A DNA stretch of 64,000 bases. Origin: Candidatus Obscuribacteraceae bacterium. GTDB taxonomy: Bacteria; Cyanobacteriota; Vampirovibrionia; Obscuribacterales; Obscuribacteraceae. The first letter of the stretch is position 1; every line of letters starts with the position of its first letter. The stretch is taken from the NCBI GenBank assembly GCA_044226015.1, contig JBGAHS010000003.1, forward strand, positions 64,001 through 128,000, written 5' to 3'. The translations under genes were made by a program, and so were the position numbers. The notes under the pieces are model-generated. The model had not been told where the DNA came from and ran no database searches. It saw only the letters and a program-made list of their open reading frames with translations. Below, in pieces: positions 19,814 through 29,900 of this stretch.

Positions 19814-20392
19814 ATGGCGCTGCTAAATATTCACACGAGAGAAATCGCTTGCAAGATTGTCTACTATGGCACCGGACTCGGTGGCAAAACAACCAACCTC
19901 AAATACATTTACAGTCAATTATCTCCTGTTACACGAACTGAAATGATAAGCCTCGCTACAGAAACTGAACGAACCCTATTCTTTGATTACATGGGGCTCG
20001 ACCTGGGTCAAGTTCAGGGATTCAAAACCAAATTTTCTCTTTATACTGTGCCGGGTCAGGTTGAGTATAACTCAAGTAGAAAACTACTCTTGAATGGCGT
20101 TGATGGAATTATATTTGTTGCAGACTCAGAACGAATACGCCAAAGAGAAAACATCGATTCTATCAAAAACATGAAAGAAAACATGCTCTCAGTCGGCATT
20201 ATGCCCGAATCAATTCCTATTGTCTTGCAATACAACAAGCGTGACCTTGCTCAAGTCATGAGCCTCGACGAACTGGAAAATGACCTGAATCCAAACAATG
20301 CCCCTAGTTTTGAAGCTGTAGCTTCCGATGGACTCGGCGTTTTCGCAACCCTACGACAAATAAGCAAATTAGTCTTGAACAGGTTACAATGA
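19814..20392 (+). CDS. mglA: MglA-family small Ras-like GTPase
   Basis: KIVYYGTGLGGKTTNL, TETERTLFFD, LYTVPGQV, GVDGIIFVADS, QYNKRDL, FEAVA. Confidence 0.92.
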   Translation: MALLNIHTREIACKIVYYGTGLGGKTTNLKYIYSQLSPVTRTEMISLATETERTLFFDYMGLDLGQVQGFKTKFSLYTVPGQVEYNSSRKLLLNGVDGIIFVADSERIRQRENIDSIKNMKENMLSVGIMPESIPIVLQYNKRDLAQVMSLDELENDLNPNNAPSFEAVASDGLGVFATLRQISKLVLNRLQ

Positions 20393-20447
20393 TTGTTGTC
20401 GTCAATAAAATTGCATCACTAGCGCCTGAGATTAAGGAGTAATCGCA

Positions 20448-21143
20448 GTGGGAATAGTTATTGCCGACGACCAGGACAGAGAGCGTATCTGGCTCAAGAA
20501 CTTACTCAGCAAACACCTCTCGCATATGGCTCCAATTTACGAAGCACAAGATGGAAGAGAAGCTATCGAACTTGTGCTTCAACACAAACCTCCAGTCGTT
20601 TTTCTAGATATCGAGATGCCAGTATTGTCCGGTATAAAAAGTGCCGAACAAATACTTCAAGCCCTTCCTCTCACCGGAATCATCATTTTGTCGCACCACT
20701 CGGACGAAGTCTTCGTGCGCAAGCTATGGAAACTGGTGCCAGCAGATGGCGCATTTGGCTACGTTTTGAAAGATTCTTCCGACCAACAAGTCATCGATGC
20801 AGCCAAAGCAGTCCTCGGTGGAGACTGCTGGATACATCCTCGAATCCAAAGAATCATCAGGCGGGCAGAAAGTGGCGCCACGGGTCTAACTGACGCAGAG
20901 TTCGAAGTCCTCGTCTACATAGCACTGGGCTTCACCGATAAAGCAATCGCTAAACGCCTTTACATTACAGAAAAGGCTGTGCAGGCTCGGCTGAAATGCC
21001 TCTATACAAAGTTCGGAATCCCAATGAAGGGTGTTTCCGAAGAAGACGAATACAACCATCGCTGCAGAGCGCTAAACATCTCATTCCGACGCGGTCTGAT
21101 CAATCGCGCAGAACTCGCAGACTGGGAAGACCAGATTGCTTGA
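20448..21143 (+). CDS. NarL/LuxR-family response regulator
   Basis: IADD, FLDIEMP, GYVLKD receiver motifs; LTDAEFEVLVYIALGFTDKAIAKRLYITEKAV HTH; AAGGAG RBS before GTG. Confidence 0.93.
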   Translation: MGIVIADDQDRERIWLKNLLSKHLSHMAPIYEAQDGREAIELVLQHKPPVVFLDIEMPVLSGIKSAEQILQALPLTGIIILSHHSDEVFVRKLWKLVPADGAFGYVLKDSSDQQVIDAAKAVLGGDCWIHPRIQRIIRRAESGATGLTDAEFEVLVYIALGFTDKAIAKRLYITEKAVQARLKCLYTKFGIPMKGVSEEDEYNHRCRALNISFRRGLINRAELADWEDQIA

Positions 21144-21188
21144 AGCGCAGCAACAGCTGCTGGACTTTCTGATTCTGAAATGACACAG

Positions 21189-22595
21189 CTAAGAATTTGA
21201 TGGCATAAACGCAATCAAATGCCTGCTGGAACTTTGCTCCTGAGCACATGGCAAAGTCGCCCGCCAATTGTTCAACTGCTGATTCCTCACAGCTGCATTG
21301 CCTGTTCCGATTCCCAAGGAACGGAAGAAGTTTCGCGCAGTTGCAACCTCACACTCCAGGTCACAAACATCTTTTCCATCGAACCGGAAGTAAAAACTCA
21401 TTTGCGCGGCAATCGGTGTCAATAAAGCATTGTCACCATGCTTCTTAATCGTCTTTGAAAGCTTCAGTTTGGAAATCGGATCACTGGCAACCCAGGGAGA
21501 AATAAAAATGGATGCGTGAGCACTCGGAATATCAGAAAGCGCTGCAGATAGCCAGGAAAAGCTTCTCGTTGCCGGCAGCTGATCCACATTGATAGTGATC
21601 GCCCTGCGCTCATTTATTTGCATGCACCGCTCTGTAGAACGCAATACCTTATCGCGGAAAGATGGTTCCCAACCAAGAACTCCCACACTTCTCCAGTCTT
21701 TGTTCAGCTGAGAGCGATTGCCACACTTTCCAAACTCTTCTGAAATCAGCTGACGAACTTCACGCGCATTCAGAATTTTGGGCGTGACACCCAGCGTGAT
21801 CAGACGCTCTATAACTCCGTCAAGCACGCGTTTTACTTGAATCAAAGGGGGCAATTCATCTTTGTCCACAGAATTGTCTGTATTCAACTTTGTGACGACG
21901 ATATAGAGTTCAGACCGCTGCTGCCCAGAATCCGCTTCTGGAAAAATCAGTTGAAACCTGGCTTTTTCAAATCTTGCCAAATCCGCAAAGAGCATTTCCA
22001 ATAAAAGCGCTTGTGCATTTGTAGAAATACGGTGCGGAAGAGTGCACTTCAGAATGCGCTGCAGCTCGCCACCTCGTGCATGAATAATGCCATCTAAGTT
22101 GTCTTGCGGATCCTTTCCGCCAACATAGTCGAGTCGCAATCCAGCAATTTCGCTTGCGTTCTTCGGTGCAGCCATTAGCTCTCGTCGAGGAAATAAGCGC
22201 GAGAAAAGCAGCGGCGGCTGACGCCGAAAGAGTCGAGCCAGAAGGATGCTGTATGTGAAAAGAGATGACCCAAGAACGAGCCCTGCGGCCCAACTGTGCA
22301 ATAGCTGAGCACTCAAAAGCCCAAACGGTACACTCAGGGCAACAGCAAAACTGCCCAAAGCAAAAGAATCCATCTGGGGCTGACGGAGTGTTTTCTTCTC
22401 AGCCTGTTTTAGAATAAGCATCAAACGATTCCCTGCAACCGAGATCCTAGCAACAAAAGTTGCCCACCATATACGCCTATCTCGAAGGTACTTTGTATAT
22501 AGAAAATGTCGATACGGGTTTTTCCCCCAAATAGAAACGAGCCAATATCCACAGTCCTTTGCGGACTTAACACTTGTCACATCTTCCGACGACAC
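21189..22595 (-). CDS. Membrane protein resembling PrgI/TraC-like plus VirB4 N-terminal domains, without a P-loop ATPase
   Basis: Two TM helices; DGIIHARGGELQRILK...ELYIVV...VIERLITLGVTPKILNAREVRQLI; MQINERRAITINVDQLP...WLSAAL...ASIFISP; QQLNNWRATLP; start uncertain. Confidence 0.45.
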   Translation of the reverse strand: MSSEDVTSVKSAKDCGYWLVSIWGKNPYRHFLYTKYLRDRRIWWATFVARISVAGNRLMLILKQAEKKTLRQPQMDSFALGSFAVALSVPFGLLSAQLLHSWAAGLVLGSSLFTYSILLARLFRRQPPLLFSRLFPRRELMAAPKNASEIAGLRLDYVGGKDPQDNLDGIIHARGGELQRILKCTLPHRISTNAQALLLEMLFADLARFEKARFQLIFPEADSGQQRSELYIVVTKLNTDNSVDKDELPPLIQVKRVLDGVIERLITLGVTPKILNAREVRQLISEEFGKCGNRSQLNKDWRSVGVLGWEPSFRDKVLRSTERCMQINERRAITINVDQLPATRSFSWLSAALSDIPSAHASIFISPWVASDPISKLKLSKTIKKHGDNALLTPIAAQMSFYFRFDGKDVCDLECEVATARNFFRSLGIGTGNAAVRNQQLNNWRATLPCAQEQSSSRHLIAFMPSNS

Positions 22596-22955
22596 AGGTC
22601 AGCCAAAAGTGCCTCAAGGTTACGCGAAGTTACGAAGCGTCCACAGCCGCGAAGTCTGGATGGAACTCTTGGGTCTTACATTTTCAGCTTGATTTGATCG
22701 TAGACACCCACTAAATGTCGTAAGTAAACCATCTTGCAAAACCAAAAAATAGTGATAAAAAACAATCACAGACAAGTTTTGGGCAGAAACCAGTGGGGCA
22801 ACAGCGAGACTGCAATGCACCACATCCAGTACCACCTAATTTCAGGCAGAAAGACTTGATTCCCCGTACAAACAATACTGATCACTTCACCTAAAAACAA
22901 TATCACCCTAAAACCGGCTTCCACTCGCCATGCTACGTGATTTCACCCCACAAAA

Positions 22956-22971
22956 ATCACGCTAAACTCAC
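22956..22971 (+). promoter_or_regulatory. Shared upstream motif, copy 1 (ATCACGCTAAACTCAC)
   Basis: Near-identical to 23750-23765 and 26891-26907. Confidence 0.5.
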
Positions 22972-23032
22972 GCAAAAAAAAATAGTTTCGACTCATCAAG
23001 AAAGGTCCCAATTCTTCTACAGGAGCCATCCG

Positions 23033-23617
23033 ATGTCGGACAACATAACAAGACCAGCAAGATTCGATGAAGAGCAAAAAATGAACAAAGCACAAGACAC
23101 CTTCATTTACGAAGCCATCACGTACATGAAGTCTGGCTATCCCATGGAAAAAGGTCAGGGAGTAGTAAGCCTAAACAGTACTGGCGACCTTGAGATAAAA
23201 GGACTAAACGCCGACAAAAGCATAATAGATTGGGACGTGAAACTATCAGGCACCATTAAAGGCACATGGCCCGAGTTTGAACTAGTTACAAACTCGAACG
23301 TTGCCAAAAACTATTCCATCGTTCACAAAGAAAACGTCAACTACAAAACTGGCACAAGCCAGGAAGAATATTTTTTCACAGGAAGAAAAGACAAAGGAGA
23401 AATGAGCGGCTCGTGTCAATCGCTTGACGATGGCAGCAAAGTCTGTGACCTCAAATTTACCGGCGGAACAGCACACGTCGAGCAGTCCGCGGCGAAGAAT
23501 GGTACAGTCGAATCCACAATAGGCGTCAAAACAAAAGAAGGCGAGCAGTCAATCAATTTGACTTACACAACATCAAAGGACATCGCGACCTATTCATACG
23601 AAAAGTCCAAAAAGTAG
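23033..23617 (+). CDS. Hypothetical beta-rich protein
   Basis: ORF with AGGAG RBS before ATG 23033, followed by a terminator. Confidence 0.7.
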   Translation: MSDNITRPARFDEEQKMNKAQDTFIYEAITYMKSGYPMEKGQGVVSLNSTGDLEIKGLNADKSIIDWDVKLSGTIKGTWPEFELVTNSNVAKNYSIVHKENVNYKTGTSQEEYFFTGRKDKGEMSGSCQSLDDGSKVCDLKFTGGTAHVEQSAAKNGTVESTIGVKTKEGEQSINLTYTTSKDIATYSYEKSKK

Positions 23618-23640
23618 TCATCCAAATCGAAACTAGATCA

Positions 23641-23677
23641 AGAAATAGGGAGGGAGACCCCCCTATTTCTTTTTTTT
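23641..23677 (+). terminator. Intrinsic terminator
   Basis: agaaataggg...ccctatttct followed by a T-run. Confidence 0.8.
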
Positions 23678-23749
23678 CGGTCCGACAGAGCACCAAGCGC
23701 CTCAATACATTAACGAGATCCAATCTTTACGCTTTTGCACAGTAAGCTC

Positions 23750-23765
23750 ATCACGCTAAATTCAC
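23750..23765 (+). promoter_or_regulatory. Shared upstream motif, copy 2 (ATCACGCTAAATTCAC)
   Basis: One mismatch to copy 1. Confidence 0.5.
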
Positions 23766-23876
23766 TCGCCCTGCATAAAAAATGTGACAAACACACATTC
23801 AAGAAGAGTGTTTCTTTCAGCACAAGGCTCGCAATTGCAAACCACAGGCGAGCACACCTCAATGGAGAACTTCTAT

Positions 23877-26861
23877 ATGGCAGGCGGACTAGACAAGGCA
23901 GAGCAGAGACGCGGCACCGACCATGAGGCAAGCGCTCAGGAAGCAAGGACTACCCTACAAGCAGAAAGCATGGAGAGCCGCTCGGGCAGCCGAGTCGGAA
24001 GCGATCAGGAAGCTGTAGTGCCATTAGATAAATTTGACATCAAGGTAACCCCAGCAGCGGACGGCACCGGCGTTTTAGACCTGAAACACACCAGCGGAAA
24101 AAATGCGTCACTAGTGGAAAAAATGAGTGTCGCCGGACAGTTGCTACAGGGAGCCGAGTACGCCGACCTCAAAGCAATTGTCGTACCCTATCGCACCGAT
24201 GCACTCGTCGTAGATAGGTCAAGCAACCCAACAGAACAAATAAGTCAGTTCAAAGGAATTGAACAGCGTCGCGAACAGCTCAAACCCGAAAAACAAATAG
24301 GAAAAGCTGATCAAATGAACATTCGACTCGAAAATGGAGTCGCAGAAATTAGCTATACAGGAAGTAAACCGGAAGCCGCTCTGAGATTTGCATTACGCGA
24401 ACCAAACGCAGTTAGATTGAATGTAAACGGCGTTGATATGGGATTGGTAGAACCGCTGGAAAAACGACTTGGACATAAACCGTCCAAACAAGAATTAAAG
24501 GAAGCTCTAGCGCAGCTCACCTCCGCAAAGAATGAGAGACCCGAGAGTGCTCCCGCAGCAGAGAAAGCCGCAGCTCCAGACATCGCTCCCGCACCAGAGA
24601 AAGACGCAGCTCCAGACATCGCTGCAGCACCAGAGAAAGCTGCAGCACCAGACATCGCTCCCGCACCAGAGAAAGCTGTAGCTCCAGACATCGCTCCCGC
24701 ACCAGATAAAGCCGCAGCTCCAGACATCGCTCCCGCACCAGATAAAGCTGCAGCACCAGACATCGCTCCCGCACCCGATAAAGCTGCAGCACCAGAAAGT
24801 GCTCCGGCAAAAGACAAAGCCGAAGAGAAAGCTCCACGTGCAAAGAGAGCAGACAAGGCTTCTGCCGCAAAGGAATCCACAAGCGAAACAACAGCGGACG
24901 CTGAAAAACCACCAGCTAGAAAAGCTAGGGCAGCAGAAAAATCGAAGCAAGCGGAGAAACCTGGCACCGGTGAAGAAGCACCAACAGAAGAGACCACTGT
25001 AAGAAAACGAAGCAGGCAGGGTCGCGGAAAGTCAGCTGAATCCACTTCAGGAAATGACGAGACCGCAAAAGAATCCAAGGCAGCACGTCAACGAGCACCA
25101 GAGAATGCGATCGCATCCGGCAAGACCGCGCCACCTCTTGCAATTGATGGCGCCGAACCTAAAGCAAGTAGACGCCGAACAAGAGCAGCTGCGCCAGCAA
25201 CCGAAGCAGCACCGACACCTTCACCTGCAGCGGAATCACCAAGTTTAGCGCTTGCTGGAGCGCCAGAAGCACCGCTTCCTCCAGAAGCAAAAACAACAGA
25301 CACACCGCTTCCAACCAACACCGCAGCAAATGGACCAGAAAGCAAAGCCACCACCGGCGAAACTCCTGCCCAACTTTCAATTGATGGTGCCGACAGTGGC
25401 AAAGCCGTAACTGGAATCATTTTAGGAGCCGAACCAACGCCAAGCGAATTGTTGGAATACTATGAGAAACGAGGAATCGCCCCACCGGAAGTGAAACTTG
25501 TCACCATAGATAGGGCTAGTGCCCCCCCAGAGCCGCACGAGGTAGAACTTTACAGTGAACTTCTCCTCTGGAACGCACCAGATGACCACTTGAAAGAGTC
25601 CGAGAAACAGCCTGAGCAAAAGCCACTAGGTTCGGCAAGCGAGGCACTACCCTCAGTGCTAATAGAGGATCCTTCACACCCCAACGAGCATGACACAGAG
25701 TTAGCAGCGCAAAATCCTCTCCGCTCACAAGACTCTCCTGCACAAGCAGAACCAGCAACCGACAGCAAATCTCAAACGGAAGGAAGCCAGCTAGTTGAAA
25801 CAAATGAACGATCAAGCACAGGAGACAGCATGCCAAATCAGAATAGAGAAAAGAATGCAGCCATCACCGATCGACCAATGACCACTTTCGCTGTGCGAAA
25901 CGAAAAAGTAGTTTTCGCTGACGGCACGGAAGTTCCTGCACGAATAGTCAATATCGAAGGACATGATGGCGAACGACGCTCACACCTTTTCATTGAGGAG
26001 TTTCCCGAGCAGAAGCAAGCAGCGAGTGGCGCTGAGCAACCGGCAGCTGACGCCGTTCAAGCACAAGAGCAATCCGCCAAAGGAGACGCAAAAACACAAG
26101 AAAGCAATGTGGAAAAATCAAGTCCGCAAGCCGAATCATTCCGCCAGGCACTGGGTTATACTCCAGTACAAAATGCAGATGGAACTGTAACGATGAAATT
26201 CGGTGGTGAGTCTGAAATACGTCCACTGGATCGAAAAGGACTGGTTGAGCGTGCCGGAGCAATTGAGGCGGAACTTTGGAGACGCCCAGTTAATGCTGAG
26301 TTCGAAGGTGCGACACCGGGGCAAATGCACAAGTACACCTTCAACCCACCACAAGAGCAAGCCGGTCCAAGATTTACATTAGGTGGAGTTCCAGTTGAGA
26401 TAATCACTCCGCCATTAGCGAGACCAGGTGTTTCCGATGAAACAGCGGCGATTCAACAAAGAGAATTCGTAGAACAGGTGATGAATCATCGAACACAAGA
26501 AGGTACAAACGAACCGGGGCAAGAAGTGCCTGCAATTAAAGAGGTTCCAGAATCAGCACAGCCACGCGAACGAAAAGCAGTCGCACCAAGCATTGTTACT
26601 CTAATGCGTGGCACTCCAGTTGAGTACCTGGCTCCCGAGATACAGGGACCATACGCTGACTCTGCAATTGCTCGTCCGAAAAATGCAGCAGAAATCGAAA
26701 GCAATATTGCAATGTACAGTGTGCACGAAACAGCACCTAGAGGATACGCCGAGCTGAAAGCTGAAGGCAAGAGAGCAATCTCAGCTGCAAAGGATAGAAT
26801 ATCAGCGCTCATGCTAGCCGCGTTCACGGCGATCGCGAAAAGCACTCAATACTCGCCTTAA
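23877..26861 (+). CDS. Large, mostly disordered Ala/Pro/Glu-rich hypothetical protein
   Basis: ORF open from 23784; GGAG RBS precedes ATG 23877; no signal peptide. Confidence 0.75.
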   Translation: MAGGLDKAEQRRGTDHEASAQEARTTLQAESMESRSGSRVGSDQEAVVPLDKFDIKVTPAADGTGVLDLKHTSGKNASLVEKMSVAGQLLQGAEYADLKAIVVPYRTDALVVDRSSNPTEQISQFKGIEQRREQLKPEKQIGKADQMNIRLENGVAEISYTGSKPEAALRFALREPNAVRLNVNGVDMGLVEPLEKRLGHKPSKQELKEALAQLTSAKNERPESAPAAEKAAAPDIAPAPEKDAAPDIAAAPEKAAAPDIAPAPEKAVAPDIAPAPDKAAAPDIAPAPDKAAAPDIAPAPDKAAAPESAPAKDKAEEKAPRAKRADKASAAKESTSETTADAEKPPARKARAAEKSKQAEKPGTGEEAPTEETTVRKRSRQGRGKSAESTSGNDETAKESKAARQRAPENAIASGKTAPPLAIDGAEPKASRRRTRAAAPATEAAPTPSPAAESPSLALAGAPEAPLPPEAKTTDTPLPTNTAANGPESKATTGETPAQLSIDGADSGKAVTGIILGAEPTPSELLEYYEKRGIAPPEVKLVTIDRASAPPEPHEVELYSELLLWNAPDDHLKESEKQPEQKPLGSASEALPSVLIEDPSHPNEHDTELAAQNPLRSQDSPAQAEPATDSKSQTEGSQLVETNERSSTGDSMPNQNREKNAAITDRPMTTFAVRNEKVVFADGTEVPARIVNIEGHDGERRSHLFIEEFPEQKQAASGAEQPAADAVQAQEQSAKGDAKTQESNVEKSSPQAESFRQALGYTPVQNADGTVTMKFGGESEIRPLDRKGLVERAGAIEAELWRRPVNAEFEGATPGQMHKYTFNPPQEQAGPRFTLGGVPVEIITPPLARPGVSDETAAIQQREFVEQVMNHRTQEGTNEPGQEVPAIKEVPESAQPRERKAVAPSIVTLMRGTPVEYLAPEIQGPYADSAIARPKNAAEIESNIAMYSVHETAPRGYAELKAEGKRAISAAKDRISALMLAAFTAIAKSTQYSP
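24549..24815. repeat. In-frame 36-bp tandem repeat, ~7 copies (APAPEKAAAPDI)
   Basis: gctcccgcaccagataaagccgcagctccagacatc variants. Confidence 0.92.
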
Positions 26862-26890
26862 TCTCCACTTTGCACAATTAGACAGTCTTT

Positions 26891-26907
26891 ATCTACGCTG
26901 AATTCAC
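26891..26907 (+). promoter_or_regulatory. Shared upstream motif, copy 3 (ATCTACGCTGAATTCAC)
   Basis: Core ACGCTRAAYTCAC is shared with copies 1 and 2. Confidence 0.45.
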
Positions 26908-26956
26908 AGCCAATGCTTCACTATGAACCCATTGACTGTGATATCAGGACAAGGTT

Positions 26957-29900
26957 ATGGCAGAAAGTCACGACGGTGAAGAGTCTAGAAATCGCTTAAA
27001 GGAAACCTCAAAGCACGATGCTTCCGCAGCACTGCTAGAAGACACATTGCGCACCGATGGAGAGAAGAAAGAACAAAAGGAGAACTCTTCCGATCCTGCT
27101 CCAACCAAGTTGCCCGACGTCGAATTTAGTGACACAGAGAAGCAACTGATTGCAAAACACTACCAAAATGAAATACTTGCGCATTACGAGCAAATCTCCG
27201 ATTGGGAAAAGCAAAAAAGTTCAAGCGGTCCTCGAGAGCAATCCATTTCGCCACGTGCAGATCTGCAAAAAGAACTCGATAACAACACCTGGGGTGTCGC
27301 AAGCGAAAATGCACTAGCCGAATTCGTCGAATGGTTGAGAAAAGACGCTCTGCCCCAAAACTCACGCGAGCTCAAGGCCGCTGGACTCAAAGCTCAAGAC
27401 CAGAACCTCAACGCATTTACCAGTGATTTGAACTTCACAGGTGAGCCGCGAATTCCCAACAAAGCAGAAGTATTCAAAATTGAAACGCTCATTGATATTG
27501 GCAACCGGGCTACTGAGCAGATTCAACAAAATGTACAAGAGCAATCTTACCAGCGCGACCTGAAAAGAATTGGTGCAGGAATTCCAGCGAGCTGGAGTTT
27601 GACAGACGGACAAGACCCAGCAGATTACCGCATTGCACTGCGCCACGGTATTGCCTTCCATGACCGAGTATACTCAGCCGCGCTGATGGCTTATTCTCTC
27701 AACAAACTTGGTGAACATTTCGAACTTCCAGCTGGTGTCGAAGTAACTGAGCAGCAAGGCAAGCTCGATGTAAAAATTGATCTACCTGAGAGATTGAACC
27801 AGCTTAGCTTCGACTCCCGCGTTTCAGGATATAACGCTTGGGTCGATTCTATTAGCAATCGATTGAAAAAGGATGACGCAGCGTTGCGTGCAGCAGGCAG
27901 CAACCCGTTCTTAAACCTCAGCATCAGCAACACAACAATTTCAAAAGAAGTGAATGAAGATGGACAATTTCTATCGAAGCAAGTTCTCCTCGATGATGAT
28001 GGAAAGCTAATTCGTTTCGCCAGCTCAACAGAATCCACCAGGACAGTACAAACCAGTGCAGACATGAGCGCTCATAGATTTAGCGCCTGGCGCACTGAAG
28101 GGTCAAATCCTAACAGTGATGTCATTGCAGAAATTACTGTCCAAGCACAAGAAAGTCGCCCCGGCTATGATCTTCTAAACAAGGACATTGGAGATCCATT
28201 CAAACTAGTTCAAACGCTTAAGGCAGACGACCCTGTTGTGTACAACGGCAAGCTAATAAATGCCAGAGAGCTGCCAGAACTGGAACTGAAAGACAAAGCC
28301 TCGATGGCTGCACAAAAAGCGACGGACATAGGCTGGGATCTCTCAATGTTTGCCAGTGGACTCGGAACACTTGGAAAAATCAGAACCGGAGCCAGCTTCA
28401 TTGCCGAACAAACGGGGAAAGAGCTTGTTTCTGAGTTAGCTACGAAATCTACAGCGAATGGTCTTTCCGGCATGAACCTCGCAGCTGTACACGCAGCCAC
28501 CGAGACGCTGATGGGAGCAGGTGGATTTCTTGCGTCAAATACATGGGGTGAACAAAATGCAAACTGGATAAATTCAATTAGAGGAACATACTTCACAGCC
28601 AACATCTTTGGCTCTGCTGTGTCATCTCGCTTCAACCGCATACTGCACGGCACAGAGGAATTTCAGGCTTCGATTAACAAGACCGCACCAACCTGGTTGA
28701 AGCAAGCCAGCGACTTTTCCGCTATCTCCATGCAGGTATTGACACCACTTTCGGTGGCGCCAATGTTGTACGAAGCAGCAAAGCGCTACCAGGAAAATAA
28801 CAAAGAGCAGAAAGAGAAACACCAACTCAATCCTCTCATTATTGAAAGCAACGCCGCCGCAGGTTTGGATACAGCTGTTTCTCAAAATAGATCAAAAGCT
28901 CAAGTTGGCGAAATGAGCCTTGTCCAACAAAGTGCAATTCTCCAAGAAACACTGAATCATACAGAGCACCAATCAGACATAATGAATGCTCTATCCAACG
29001 CAGGGCGCCACACACCGCTGCGCTTGCTAGATAATTTGTATCAAGAGAAAATCAAATTAGAACAAGCACAAGAAAATGCAAACACAAACATATGGAACGA
29101 AAAAGCTAACTATTTTGGAAATAGCTATGACGACGTTCTAAAATCAATTGCTAAGTTCACTAAAGAGAATTCCGATGCCCAAGCAAAATCCGCATCAGCC
29201 CTGACGTATTTTTTCGCAAAGCAACTAGAAAACTCAACCGACAAAGCTCTCAGCTTCAACGCACAACTTGCACAGATCGACAACTTCAGATCAAAAATTG
29301 ACGAGCACAAAAATGACGCTGAAACAATTGAATTCAAACTGAATCTTGACCGCCTGGAGAATGAATCGCTAACTGAATTAGTGAAATACGAGTCAAAGAG
29401 ACACAACACGGCTCAGCAACTCAATCAAAACTTGCAAGCCATCCGCTCAGATGCTGTGCTCGCCGGAAAAACTGCAGAAAGCGTTTTAACTAATGCACTC
29501 GAAACACCAATTAACGATAGCGACAAAGACGACAGCATCTCAACCAGAGTCAACGCTGCCGAAACACTGCTCTTGCTAGGTAACAATGACACGGAATTGA
29601 GAGAAAGAGTAAGCAAAGCTCTTTCAGACTCAGTCAAGCTTGCAACAGCAGAACAGCTAATCCGAATAATTGATGTTACCAAAGCTGAGAACCTATCAGA
29701 TTTCACCGCAAACACTGATACTCAAACAAACATCTTAAACAGATTCCCATCCGCTGATGAAGCATCGAACTCCCCTCGAGCGCAAGCGCTCACAATAGAA
29801 ATTGCCAACCTGTACCCAAAATTCACAAACGAGCTCAAGGGTGAATTGCAATCACGGTTGATTAGCATCCTGGAGCACCAGTCATACAGCATAGGTTTAT

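Noticed and set aside
24353..25078. Antisense ORFs over the 36-bp repeat
   Set aside because: Shadows of the plus-strand gene.
25107..26836. HIP1 (GCGATCGC) repeats
   Set aside because: Only about two copies noticed (25107, 26829); no enrichment as in photosynthetic cyanobacteria.
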